A stretch of 64,000 nt of DNA from an uncultured Nitrospinota bacterium (lineage in GTDB: Bacteria > Tectomicrobia > Entotheonellia > J063 > CAVPRW01). Shown here one piece after another: positions 42,313 to 52,110 of this stretch (position 1 is its first letter; each line of letters opens with the position of its first letter). The stretch lies in the NCBI GenBank assembly GCA_963707985.1, contig CAVPRW010000045.1, positions 96,001 through 160,000 on the forward strand, given 5' to 3'. The notes under the pieces are model-generated. The model had not been told where the DNA came from. It made no database searches and saw only the letters and a program-made list of their open reading frames with translations. The translations under genes were made by a program, and so were the position numbers.

Positions 42313-44046
42313 TCAGTTGCCAAGAGGCTTGAATTCGGTGAGCTCTGACTCAACCTGCTTGATGACGAAGCGCACGCGACGATTGGCTGCCCATTCTTCC
42401 TTGGTGCGAGGTGGACTGAATTTTGGTGCCTCCACACCACGACCAATCGCAATGAACTGTGACGGATCGATGTTGATGCCGTGATCTTTCGCATACTGGA
42501 TGAACGACCCCCGCACCGCGTTGGCGCGTGCCAGCGACAGATTCTTCGCCACCTGTCGCATCTGGTCCAGCACCTCTGTACGCTCGCCTTTCTGCTGGGC
42601 TTGCAAAATTCCCAACGGATCGCTATGCCCTTCGACGACGACGAGCGCACCCCCATAGGTTTGAGTGATCTGCACGGCCTTCTCGTAATCCTTGGCGTAG
42701 CGGTCCTCGGCAAAAACGCTCTGGTTCGGGTCAAAGGCAATTTCGATAACGAACAGTGTGCCCTCCGTCTCCCAGGCCCCGGGTTCGACGGCGAGCTGTC
42801 TCTCGACAGCTTGCTGGGCCCGGGCAGGGTCAAATCGGGGAGCCGCGATCTGCCGCGTGTTCTTCAGTCCAGTGGCCAACTGGTTGTAGTCCCAACCAGC
42901 AGACTGCAGGCTGACACGACTGGTCATCAGCCCCATATCGATAAATGCAGGCTGAATTTCCTCCGTCAGCGTGGAAAGCGTGCGGGTCGTCCCCACCCCG
43001 GTAAAGAAGGCGACGTTTCCGGTGTGAAAGACAAACTCGCAGTCGCCCAGCATGCCCTCAACGTCTGCGGTCGCTTGCGGCGCACCGAGGAGCAGATCGG
43101 CGGATTTGGCGAGGAGCTGGCGAAATTTGGCCTGCTGCGAGGTTTTGTTTGCCAGCAGTTCGGTCAACGCCTCCTGGCTGCGCAGCACAGCATGCACAAA
43201 CTTCTGTACTTGTGCGCGGTTGGCGTCAAAGTAATCTTTGCGTACGGCGTACACATCGGCGATGATGCGCGAGGCAGTTTTCGTTGACAGAAGCAGGCGG
43301 GCACCCTTGACCGAGCCCTCAGCGCCGGTGCCCACAGTGCCCCCGGAGGTGAGCTTGAGCGCGTCTGGCGAGATGGCCATGACCGCATCGATCGTGTCAT
43401 CGACGGTGAATGCGCTCACGGGGTCGACGGTGATACCCTGCGTGTCATAGGTTGGCAACGTGAGCTCTTTGAACCATCGCACGGTGGCTTGGGACGGGCG
43501 AATCCCGGCATTTCCCAGAATATTGGCCATATAGTCCATATGGGGACCGTAGAGCTGCAGGGCTATAGTCTTCCCCTTCAGATCATTGGGCGTGCGGACG
43601 GATGGTCGCACGGTCATGGTATCACCACCAGTGCTCCAGGTGAGTTGGACAATGACAACGAGCTCGGTGCCCGCCGCTTTGACCACCTCGGCGGCGGCGT
43701 TGATCATCCCCATCGTGCCGCGCAGATATGGGGTTTTCCCGTCGAGCACCGCTTGAACCTGCCTGGCAAAGTCGTTCTCGAGACTCAGCGAAATATCCAG
43801 TCCTTCGGCGCGGAAGAGGCCTTCCTGCAGGCCATGGACCAGGCTCACATCACCACCCCAGGTAATCACGTAGATCAGCTTTGAGCCGGCTTCAACCGGT
43901 TTGAGCCGTGGTGTCACGACCTTACCGAGTGGTTTTGCTTCGAGGTATTCGACTTTGCCAGATGCTGCCTGTGCGCTGCACACGCAGAGCAGCGAGAAAA
44001 GTATTAGAACACGCACGGTGATGGTTTCCTTCATCCCGTTCCCCAT
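42313..44046 (-). CDS. Secreted NMT1/THI5-like SBP fused to OmpA-C domain
   Basis: Signal peptide ..SAQA, ITWGGD and WSTGGD. OmpA motifs VEGHSD, NLSLARANAVR and NRRVRF. Start chosen from the AAGGAG RBS. Confidence 0.85.
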   Translation of the reverse strand: MGNGMKETITVRVLILFSLLCVCSAQAASGKVEYLEAKPLGKVVTPRLKPVEAGSKLIYVITWGGDVSLVHGLQEGLFRAEGLDISLSLENDFARQVQAVLDGKTPYLRGTMGMINAAAEVVKAAGTELVVIVQLTWSTGGDTMTVRPSVRTPNDLKGKTIALQLYGPHMDYMANILGNAGIRPSQATVRWFKELTLPTYDTQGITVDPVSAFTVDDTIDAVMAISPDALKLTSGGTVGTGAEGSVKGARLLLSTKTASRIIADVYAVRKDYFDANRAQVQKFVHAVLRSQEALTELLANKTSQQAKFRQLLAKSADLLLGAPQATADVEGMLGDCEFVFHTGNVAFFTGVGTTRTLSTLTEEIQPAFIDMGLMTSRVSLQSAGWDYNQLATGLKNTRQIAAPRFDPARAQQAVERQLAVEPGAWETEGTLFVIEIAFDPNQSVFAEDRYAKDYEKAVQITQTYGGALVVVEGHSDPLGILQAQQKGERTEVLDQMRQVAKNLSLARANAVRGSFIQYAKDHGINIDPSQFIAIGRGVEAPKFSPPRTKEEWAANRRVRFVIKQVESELTEFKPLGN

Positions 44047-44312
44047 GTTCTCTACACTCCTTGCTGTCATCGAATCGATAACCTTACACGCAAAAATTGC
44101 CATGTGTTCCCGCATTTTACGATACATGACTGCTGGAGGTATGTAGATATATCTTCAAGATAACATAGACGAGCAACGGGTGCACCTTTAAGACAAACCT
44201 ACATTCCAACGCATCGCGTCACCATGGCGGTGTCGGCCATAGGGTACAATCAGGAGGTTGCCTATCAGGTTGGACAACATGGTATAGTGCCGCATCCGAA
44301 AAGGATTGTTGG

Positions 44313-44341
44313 CTGACGGCTCGCCGATGGCGAACCGTCAG
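44313..44341. terminator. GC-rich hairpin between the SMP-30 gene and the OmpA operon
   Basis: CTGACGGCTCGCC-GAT-GGCGAACCGTCAG, with no clear U-tail. Confidence 0.4.
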
Positions 44342-44422
44342 GGCCGATGGTCGCGGTGATCTATGTAAGGAGAGGAGGAGGAACCACGGTGGTCACTGAC
44401 GGGTGCATGCTGCGGGGTATGC

Positions 44423-45334
44423 CTATCGCACTGGTGGCCAGAGGTTCCATCCCCGTCGTCCCGTGTTGCGGACTCGCAAGAAGTGTCCGCCGCCGGTGGT
44501 GATATAGAGGGTCCGCTGGTCCGGGTCGCCGAACGTACAGTTGGTGGGGGAGTCCACCCCGGCTGGCATAGGATGAGTCTCCAGGACACGGCCCTTGGGG
44601 TCCCAGATGTAGATCATCGGGCCAGGCCCGCTGGCATACGAACCCGCCGTGGCAACGATGTTGCCCTCGGAATCGAGGCACATGCCATCGATCCCTCGCT
44701 GCGGTCCGCGGTAGTCCTCGCCAAACTGATGCAACACGATAAATTTCCCCAGCGAGCCATCAGGGAGAATGTCGTAGGCCCTGAGCTCGCGGCGCTCGGC
44801 GCCGGTCTGGATCATATACAGGGTGCGCTGGTCGGGCGAGATGAGCAAGCCATTGGTGCCAGTGGTGTCGGTGGTCATGCGCTTGCACACCCAGGTGCCG
44901 TCGGGCTGGGGATCCGCTCGTAGTATAGAGTTATGGTCCAGCACCTGCTTCTCGCTGGGATCGATGTTGCCGGCGTTCCAGGGGTTACTGAACCAGATCC
45001 GCCCCTGCCGGTCGATTGCCAGGTCGTTCGGGGTGTTGAGGGGCAGACCGTCGAGCTTATCCACGATGGTGGTGGTGCTCCCATCAGGCTCAAAACGCAC
45101 GATGGACCGTCCTCCGGAGCAGCAGCCGTACAGACGGCCTTCCAGGTCGAAGGCTAAGCCATTGGTATGATTTGTATTTTCTCGAAACACCGTGCACGCC
45201 CCGGTCGCCGGGTCATAGCGCAGAATACGACTAGCTGGAATATGGGTAAAGAGCACCGCCTGACCATCCCAGGCAGGTCCTTCCGATAAACGCGGGTTGA
45301 AGGGACCAGCTACTGACTCGAAATCCCATGCCAT
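44423..45334 (-). CDS. SMP-30/gluconolactonase-family protein
   Basis: EGPAWD, TNGLAFD, PNDL, DGMCLDSEGN and PTNCTFG. Confidence 0.92.
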   Translation of the reverse strand: MAWDFESVAGPFNPRLSEGPAWDGQAVLFTHIPASRILRYDPATGACTVFRENTNHTNGLAFDLEGRLYGCCSGGRSIVRFEPDGSTTTIVDKLDGLPLNTPNDLAIDRQGRIWFSNPWNAGNIDPSEKQVLDHNSILRADPQPDGTWVCKRMTTDTTGTNGLLISPDQRTLYMIQTGAERRELRAYDILPDGSLGKFIVLHQFGEDYRGPQRGIDGMCLDSEGNIVATAGSYASGPGPMIYIWDPKGRVLETHPMPAGVDSPTNCTFGDPDQRTLYITTGGGHFLRVRNTGRRGWNLWPPVR

Positions 45335-45489
45335 AGTACCCTCCTACAGATGGCTCTACCACGTTGCGCAAGTACAGGCATCGCTACCCAAGTCTCCCCT
45401 CTCAGCGCCATCCTCCCTCCGATCAGAAAGAGAGGATAGCGTGAAAGGAGCCGTCAACAGCGGGATTCTCACCGGTCGCGCACTACACC

Positions 45490-46692
45490 TTACCCTGGGA
45501 CGGAGTCGTACTGGTCCCAGTTGCCAATCACCTCCTTGGCATACAGGTCGGCGATCTCTGCCGCAGAATACCCTAGCAGACCGCCTAGCACCTCTTCGTT
45601 ATGTTCGCCGACTTTGGGGGTCGAGCCCACAATGGCCGGAGTACGGCTGAAATGCCAGAAATCACCAGACACGGCCATGGTGCCGGCCAGGAAGTCAGGG
45701 ACGTCGACCATCGCCCGGCGTTCCCACGGATGGGGGTCTTCAGCCGCTTGCGCAATGGTATTCACCGGCGCCGCAGTCACATCGTGCAAGGTGAAGTGAG
45801 CGATCGCCTCCTTCATGGTCATGTTAGCCATCAGCTCACGTAGTGCCGCATGCACGATTTCAGCATTCTTGCCGCGCTCGTGACGGGTGTTGAAGCGTGG
45901 GTCTTCCTGCCACTCGGGTTTCCCCAGGGCTTTGCACATCCGCGGCCAGTGGTGCTGGTCACCGGCGGTGATCAACACCCAGCCGTCCTTACACGGGAAC
46001 ATGTTGGAGGAGCTGTCCCGTTTGGGCTGGACGCCGGCGCCGTGGTAGGCGCTGACGGGGATCTCGGTGTAGCTATAGCCCGTGTCCGCCAGACAGACGT
46101 CGATGCTCTGGCCCTGTCCGGAGATCTCGCGCTCGCGCAGGGCGGCCAGCGTACCAATGGAAGCGTGCAGCGCCGTGGTTCGGTCGATGATTGGCACACC
46201 GGCGCGAATGGGCGGCATGCCTTCTTCTCCGGTGACCATGGCAACGCCAGCCAGGGTCTGACCGATGGGATCATAGCCGATTTGTTCGCGGTAGGGGCCA
46301 AACTGGCCGTACGCAGACACATTCACCATGATGATGCGCGGGTTCAGTTCCTTGAGCACGTCGTAGCCGAAGCCCATGGTTTCGATCGTGCCGGGCCGGA
46401 AGTTCTGCAGCAGCACATCGGAGATTTTCACCAGCTTGCGCAGGGCGTCCTTCCCAGCCTCCTTCCGTAGGTCCATACTGAGGCTCTTTTTGCCGCTGTT
46501 GTACTGCACCCAGTAGGCGCTCTGTTTGCGAACCCACGGCGCGTGGTACCGGGTTTCCTCACCCCCCAAACGCTCGATCTTGATGACCTCTGCCCCCAAA
46601 CGGGCGAGCACCTGGGCACACCGGGGTCCTGCCTGATGTCGCCCTAAATCGATGACGCGAATACCTTCCAACGGCCCTTTCAGCTCTGCCAT
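45490..46692 (-). CDS. CaiB/BaiF class III CoA transferase
   Basis: PLEGIRVIDL, AGP, NSGKKSL and QNFRPG. Confidence 0.93.
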   Translation of the reverse strand: MAELKGPLEGIRVIDLGRHQAGPRCAQVLARLGAEVIKIERLGGEETRYHAPWVRKQSAYWVQYNSGKKSLSMDLRKEAGKDALRKLVKISDVLLQNFRPGTIETMGFGYDVLKELNPRIIMVNVSAYGQFGPYREQIGYDPIGQTLAGVAMVTGEEGMPPIRAGVPIIDRTTALHASIGTLAALREREISGQGQSIDVCLADTGYSYTEIPVSAYHGAGVQPKRDSSSNMFPCKDGWVLITAGDQHHWPRMCKALGKPEWQEDPRFNTRHERGKNAEIVHAALRELMANMTMKEAIAHFTLHDVTAAPVNTIAQAAEDPHPWERRAMVDVPDFLAGTMAVSGDFWHFSRTPAIVGSTPKVGEHNEEVLGGLLGYSAAEIADLYAKEVIGNWDQYDSVPG

Positions 46693-47075
46693 GTGCGTCA
46701 CTCCTTATCTATGTAGTATGCGCCACGGTGAAAGTTGCGCCATTGTACGACGATGGTGTCCAAAGGGCAAGCTGGACGATTGCGCCCCCAGGTCGTGGGC
46801 CTCGTCACCGAAGGCAACGCTGATACTGGTGGCGAATTCTTCCTGAAGGTTTGAACCTCACCATGGCGGGCATGCTCATAACGATCCAGCCGAGGGAGCC
46901 ATTTTCCCTAGCGCTCACCACGCTCCACCTTCGAGAGGGAAATCGACAAGGGAGGAGGGAGCGGGTCGTCTCATCGCCTCCCTGTCCAAGACCGCCGGGC
47001 ACCTGGGATGAGGCGTGTGGATTTTAGCCCCTTGCCGGCGGTGATGTCACCAGTCGCCCACGCATTGGCGTGGCC

Positions 47076-47792
47076 TCATTGTAAAGCCAGCGAGGTCAAG
47101 GTCGCCCGGCAGGGGGTGCCTCCCTTGTCGGGCGTGATCACGAGTTGCAGGTGGGTGAGCCCATCGACCGTGACCGCCCAGACTTCACGTTCATACGTCG
47201 TACCCGGTGGGCTGAACGTGTACTCCTGCCGGAGCAGCTCGCGATATGTCCGGCCTGCATCAGAGGAAACGGACACGCACAGGACTTGGGTGCGGCTTAC
47301 CTCGGGTTCCTCGACTTCCAGGCTGATCGTGCGGAGGGTCTGCGGAGTATCAAACGCCAGGATCAACCGCTGTTCGCCCGGTTCGGCGGCGACCCAGCGA
47401 CTACCCCCTGGGCCGCGGTTCTGATCAAACACGTGGTCGATCGGGGCATCTGTGGCTTCCGAGGTCACCCACACCGTCGCAATCGCGGCGATGGCTTTCT
47501 CGTCCGGCTGGGGAACCCTGGCCTGCGGTGGTGCCGTTAGGAAATGTTTCCGCAGCACCGTACCTCCTGCAGACGGGGGCGGGGTGTCGCCCGGCCGTCG
47601 AGGACTGGACCCCAGCGCATCCAGCCGCGCCTCCACGGCTCGCAAGCGCTGATGCAGTTGCTCCACCAGCAGTACGAGCAACTGCAGTGACTGTCGGAGA
47701 TAGTTCCTGGGGTCATCGGCCGGAACCGCGTCAAGTGCCGCACGCAGCTCTGTAATCAGGCCACGCGGCGTTTCTGCAGAATTCGGGCACAT
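47076..47792 (-). CDS. Discoidin/F5-8-type (DOC-like) domain protein with in-frame upstream coiled coil
   Basis: VTSE..PIDHVFD..SRWVAAEPGEQ and QEYTFSP. An internal AGGAGG-GTG at 47558 may be the true start (160 aa). Confidence 0.65.
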   Translation of the reverse strand: MCPNSAETPRGLITELRAALDAVPADDPRNYLRQSLQLLVLLVEQLHQRLRAVEARLDALGSSPRRPGDTPPPSAGGTVLRKHFLTAPPQARVPQPDEKAIAAIATVWVTSEATDAPIDHVFDQNRGPGGSRWVAAEPGEQRLILAFDTPQTLRTISLEVEEPEVSRTQVLCVSVSSDAGRTYRELLRQEYTFSPPGTTYEREVWAVTVDGLTHLQLVITPDKGGTPCRATLTSLALQ

Positions 47793-47886
47793 ACGCACCT
47801 CTGTAGTATGGGTTGAGGTGTACATCCGGATGTTATGCTAAGGGTGGATGTATACATTTTGCGTAGGCATTACGATTAGATAAGCT

Positions 47887-47940
47887 GAACCATCGAGACC
47901 ATGAGGGTTCTGGTGCTCGGCCGAGCGGCGGGCTTTTTTG
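47887..47940 (+). ncRNA. Candidate short cis-regulatory RNA
   Basis: Promoter-like TTGCGT-N16-TAAGCT, followed by GAGGGTT..GCTC-GGCC-GAGC..GGGC-T6. Confidence 0.35.
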
Positions 47941-47982
47941 ATGCCCGATGAGTCATGGCATCGTATGACAGGCGGACGCCAT

Positions 47983-48197
47983 AAAAAACCCCCTGCCGGT
48001 CATACTACATCCGGAGGGGGGATCAACATACGCGCCGTCTGGAAGCACACCCACACGGCGCGCTTAGAAGCAAGGCGGCGTACCCATCGCAGAGCTCCTC
48101 CCAAAAGGGCTGCTGCCATACGGATATTTCTGTCATCAACAGTGGGCCTTCAGACCCACTATGTTAAATATAGTGTCCCCCAGGTGCCTTTTGTCAA
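47983..48197 (-). ncRNA. Candidate structured sRNA/leader with promoter and intrinsic terminator
   Basis: TTGACA at 48192-48197, several stems, and terminator CCCCCTCCGG..CCGGCAGGGGG-T6. Confidence 0.35.
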
Positions 48198-48699
48198 GAG
48201 GATCAATCACGCCGGCAAGAGCGCTCCGAGACAGCCTGCCTCTTATACGTCTCGCCCGCAGCTGTGCGCGGGTTGATCGTCTCACACAAGAGTCCCGTTC
48301 CAGTTCTGCAGCTGCGCATCACCGATGAACACCGCTGTGTGCCAGATGAGGCGAGAGATGGCAACGGTCTAGAAGTGGCCCATGTTCCAGCTCATCGCTG
48401 CCATACCTCATCTTCAGACGGCCGCAATGGACTATGCCCCACTACAATGTAATGTAAGGCATGGTAATTTAAGGCATGCCTGGCGCCTCTGCCAGAGGGG
48501 TCTTCTCACCAGTGGGAGAGGCGTCAGGCGCGCCTGCTCTTGGGCTCGTAGGAGACGGTCCAAGGGAGAAGGATGCCGATCCGGGGAATCGTCCCCGCAG
48601 GCTGCAAACGTCCCTCAGAAGAGGGCAAGGGGCAGAGAAGCACACATGACCTTCATTGGGTCACCTCGTCCGACTGGGAGAGGAGGGCAGGAGGAAGAG

Positions 48700-48820
48700 C
48701 GAGGACAATCTCCTTGAGGTTGACGACCAACTGACCGTGGATAGGGCGCTCCACAGGGAGATCGTCCGGCTTGGAGCCGCTCAAGATCTTCACCATCTAG
48801 GCAGCCGCGTCGCCGGCTTG
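48700..48820 (-). pseudogene. ABC substrate-binding (ABC_sub_bind) scrap
   Basis: RRAAA*MVKILSGSKPDDLPVERPIHGQLVVNLK. Confidence 0.65.
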
Positions 48821-48823
48821 CTG

Positions 48824-49519
48824 TCATCCCTGAGAAGCTGCCGATTCTCCCCGTAGACGCGCCAGTTCAGCCCGCAACTGCTCGAGCTCGACCTCAGCAG
48901 TATGGCGGGCGGCGGCTTCGGTGCGGCGGGCCACCAGGGCTTCGGCGGGTGTCAACAGACGCTCGCCGGTAGCCGGGTTGAAGACTCGCAGGCGGCCACT
49001 CTCCATCCGTAGCTCCAGGCCCAGTGCCTGGCTGATAAACTCGCCTGCGGCCCCAGGCAGGAGACGCTGGTAGTCGTCCTCCTGCAATCGATAGCCTTGT
49101 AGCGACGGCCGCAGATACTCGCCCAGCGGATCATACAGAAAATACTCCTGCACCCCCAGCATGGCATAGATGGCCCGCTTGATGCCCAGGTCTTCCAGCC
49201 GCGACCCCCGCGAGGTGATCTCGAAGACCACAGCGGGCGGCTGGCCTTCGTCCCACAACCGATAGGTCCGCCGCTCCCCCTTGGCTACTCCCTGCACCAC
49301 GAAGACATCGGGTGCCACACAGGCCGCTGGGTTCCCCTCCTCATAATAGAGCAACATATTCCCGGCCACGTACATCTGGGGATCGTCTCGGAAATGGTCG
49401 CGCAGCGCCTCTCGCAGATAGATCAAGGCATCGATATGCACATCCGTCTCGCCCATTGGCTTCCCATCGCTCTCTGGGTAGTGGAGCTGTGTTGGGGCAG
49501 CGGTGATGCTATTATCCAT
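48824..49519 (-). CDS. Uma2-family (DUF820) endonuclease-fold protein
   Basis: YPESDGKPMGE, APDVFVV, FEITS and YFLYDP. Confidence 0.92.
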   Translation of the reverse strand: MDNSITAAPTQLHYPESDGKPMGETDVHIDALIYLREALRDHFRDDPQMYVAGNMLLYYEEGNPAACVAPDVFVVQGVAKGERRTYRLWDEGQPPAVVFEITSRGSRLEDLGIKRAIYAMLGVQEYFLYDPLGEYLRPSLQGYRLQEDDYQRLLPGAAGEFISQALGLELRMESGRLRVFNPATGERLLTPAEALVARRTEAAARHTAEVELEQLRAELARLRGESAASQG

Positions 49520-50015
49520 GGGATCTCCTTAGCCACTTATCCTCATTACCTTCCCAGGCTTGTGCGACAGTGTATCATGGGGTGTATGGTGCTGGGTATA
49601 GAGAAGAGCCTGGCGCCTACCAATGATGGCTTTCGGGGCAAATCGCCTTCTGTCCTGTGGTATCAGCAGGCTTGATGAGCATACCAGAATCAGGGTCGTG
49701 CACAGTAACGCGCTCCTCATCTCCAACTCTCTCAGAAGATGAAAATCAACGAAACCACCTCAAGGAACTCTTCAGGGCAATTCCTGGAACAACGACATGC
49801 TCAAGCTAAATCGGTCCACATAAGATTCATACACTCAGAATTTACCAGAGCCGTGTCTGACTGGGGGCGTTGCGAGTCATGTGTACCAATGTCGTGTGGA
49901 TCGATTTAGGCTGATATCATCATAAAAAGATGGATGCCAATACACTGCTGTTGTAGAATTTCGGCGCAGGTATCCATGAGTTCTTGACAACAACTCCCGT
50001 GCAAGAGGTGAGGCC

Positions 50016-51300
50016 ATGCCGAGGGCCATTGCCATTCGTATTCTTGAAAGGGACAACAATCGACGTGGCGACCTCTTCGGTCGCTTGATGAGCGATCTCT
50101 TCCTTTCGCTCGGCTACGACGATGTACGCCTGAACATCGCACGGAGCGGGCGAGAGATCGACATCGAAGCCGAACATCGGGTCGAAAGGCGTTTGGCCAT
50201 GGCTGAGTGCAAAGCCCTCAAGGCCAAGGCGGGTGGCAAGGAGATCAATGCCTTCGCAGGGAAGCTCAGACCGGAACGAAGGAAACGTCCGGGAGGCTCA
50301 ATCACACCCCACTTCATCTCACTGTCGGGCTTCACAGAAACATCAGTAGATCAGGAAGACGAATCTGGAGAGGATGCGATCATCCTGATAGATGGCTCAC
50401 GCATCGCTAAGCTTAACAGAGCTGTGTCTGGGGCTGCCCCGAGGGAGAGAGAGAGCTCCGTACCCGGAGGGTGCTCCTGTTCTCCTTGCCCTCGGCAACT
50501 GCCTTGCAGACGAGGCGCAGGTCACGCCCGACACGCTCCAACAGGCGCTGCAGGCATTGATTTCTTATGGCCATTATGCGGCGAGGGCACCGTTCATCCC
50601 TCACCTCAGCCGCGGCAAATACGGCCTAATGCTCCGCGATGAGGCAGGCAGAGCATTTCTGGCTGAAAGCACAGAGTTTTTAGACTCCGGTGTCACTCTA
50701 GCTAGGTCATTAATTCACCAGATGGGTTTCCACCAATCGAAGGAAGCTCTTGACGAGTGCCTGTCTCTGTCTCAGCTCAGGGGTTTCCTCGAAAGTGCGG
50801 AGATACTCCGACGCTGCGAAGGTGCATTGGGGACAATGTTTGTTGCTTTCAGCCTCTGTACATCTCTCGATGTCAACAAACGCATTGCCTGCGGCGAGTC
50901 ATTGCGAGCATGTGCAGATGCACTAGTGGCTCTTCTCTTGTCGCAGAATCCTCCCGAGCAATTTGCGGCGTGCTGGGCGTTCAGCTGGATTGGCCTATCT
51001 CGGGTCTGGAGTCCTCCTGCGAGCCCAAATGTACTTGATCAGCTGTTTACGCTTTGCCTTTGCAGCTCGAGTATGGAGCTTCGCGAGTGGGCTGGGAGGG
51101 CATTTGCCGGTCTTCCCCTCCTGCTGCTCGAAGCTGAGCCCTTGCGCGAGTCATCAGCAGTGGAAAGGTTCATGGCTGCACGAGAGTCCTCTGTGAAAGT
51201 CGACGTCGAACAAAATCCCGCGGTTCTTGTGGCAGCCTATTATCTCCGGTCACCATGGAGCGATACGGAGCTCGCGCGCCTCGTAGCTGAGGTCACGTAA
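50016..51300 (+). pseudogene. Mrr-like restriction-endonuclease domain joined out of frame to a helical/HEAT-like region (central NTPase probably deleted)
   Basis: RGDLFGRLM..LGY..GREIDIEAEH..AECKA is a PD-(D/E)xK motif. Frame junction near 50410, followed by a helical repeat ORF. Confidence 0.6.
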
Positions 51301-52110
51301 AAGCGCCAAGAGCTCACCCACAAACGGGATGCGCAAACGCCGGACCGTACTCCACGCGAGGCCTGCCGATGTGTTCACGACGATCAAATGATCGGGGACC
51401 TTCAACTCGAGTCCCGAAGGCGCCTGGCGCTCTCCAGCACCCGAAGGCCATTGGTCAGCCATATTGTCATAGACGCCCCCATCGGTCAGCGTCCCCAACC
51501 ATGGCAGCGGACCAGGACGGTTCTGACCTCCATGAAACTGAAACGGTTTCGTGCGTATCCATCGGGGTGGAAAGCCGCCGGGAAATGCCGCCGATGCCTG
51601 GACCGCCGCATGCAAGGGTAGCTTCCCGGGTCGCCCCCAACCGAAGCGATAGGCATAGACAAAGCGTCCCGAAAAATAGAAGTGCTCACCGGCGTTCAAG
51701 TGGGTGGCACAGATGACGTGGTCAATGTCCGTCTCGATTGAGGCCAGGCAGGTGGGAGAACCATGGGGAGAGAAGAGATGACTGGCGTATGCCCGCCCTG
51801 CCACCACACCTCGCATCTGTACAAGCCATCCCCACGGGAGCAGCAGTTTCAGGAACAGGAGGAGCTGCATCCACCAGTACCACTGTATGACCCAACAACA
51901 CACGTACACGATGCCAATAAGCGACAAGCACAGCAGCATGAGGTAGACCCAGGTGCTGGGAGTTGACCATAAGGTCTTATGAGCGATGGTTCTAGCGAGA
52001 GGGGAGACAGCCGGCCAGAAATCAGCGCTCGTGCGCTGGTGATAGCACCGCATCTGGCCCAGGAACGCATTGGTAATCGAGCCGCCAGACACAGACGAGA
52101 GTGCAACCAT
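51250..52110 (-). pseudogene. Patatin-like phospholipase, truncated at both ends
   Basis: SSVSGGS nucleophile elbow, ASAAFPG and TDGGVYDN. The Gly-rich loop is missing. Confidence 0.8.

Noticed and set aside
44089..44103. TGGCAATTTTTGC as a sigma54 promoter for the PspA-like operon
   Set aside because: The GG-to-GC spacing is 8 nt rather than the required 10, and no PspF-like activator is present.
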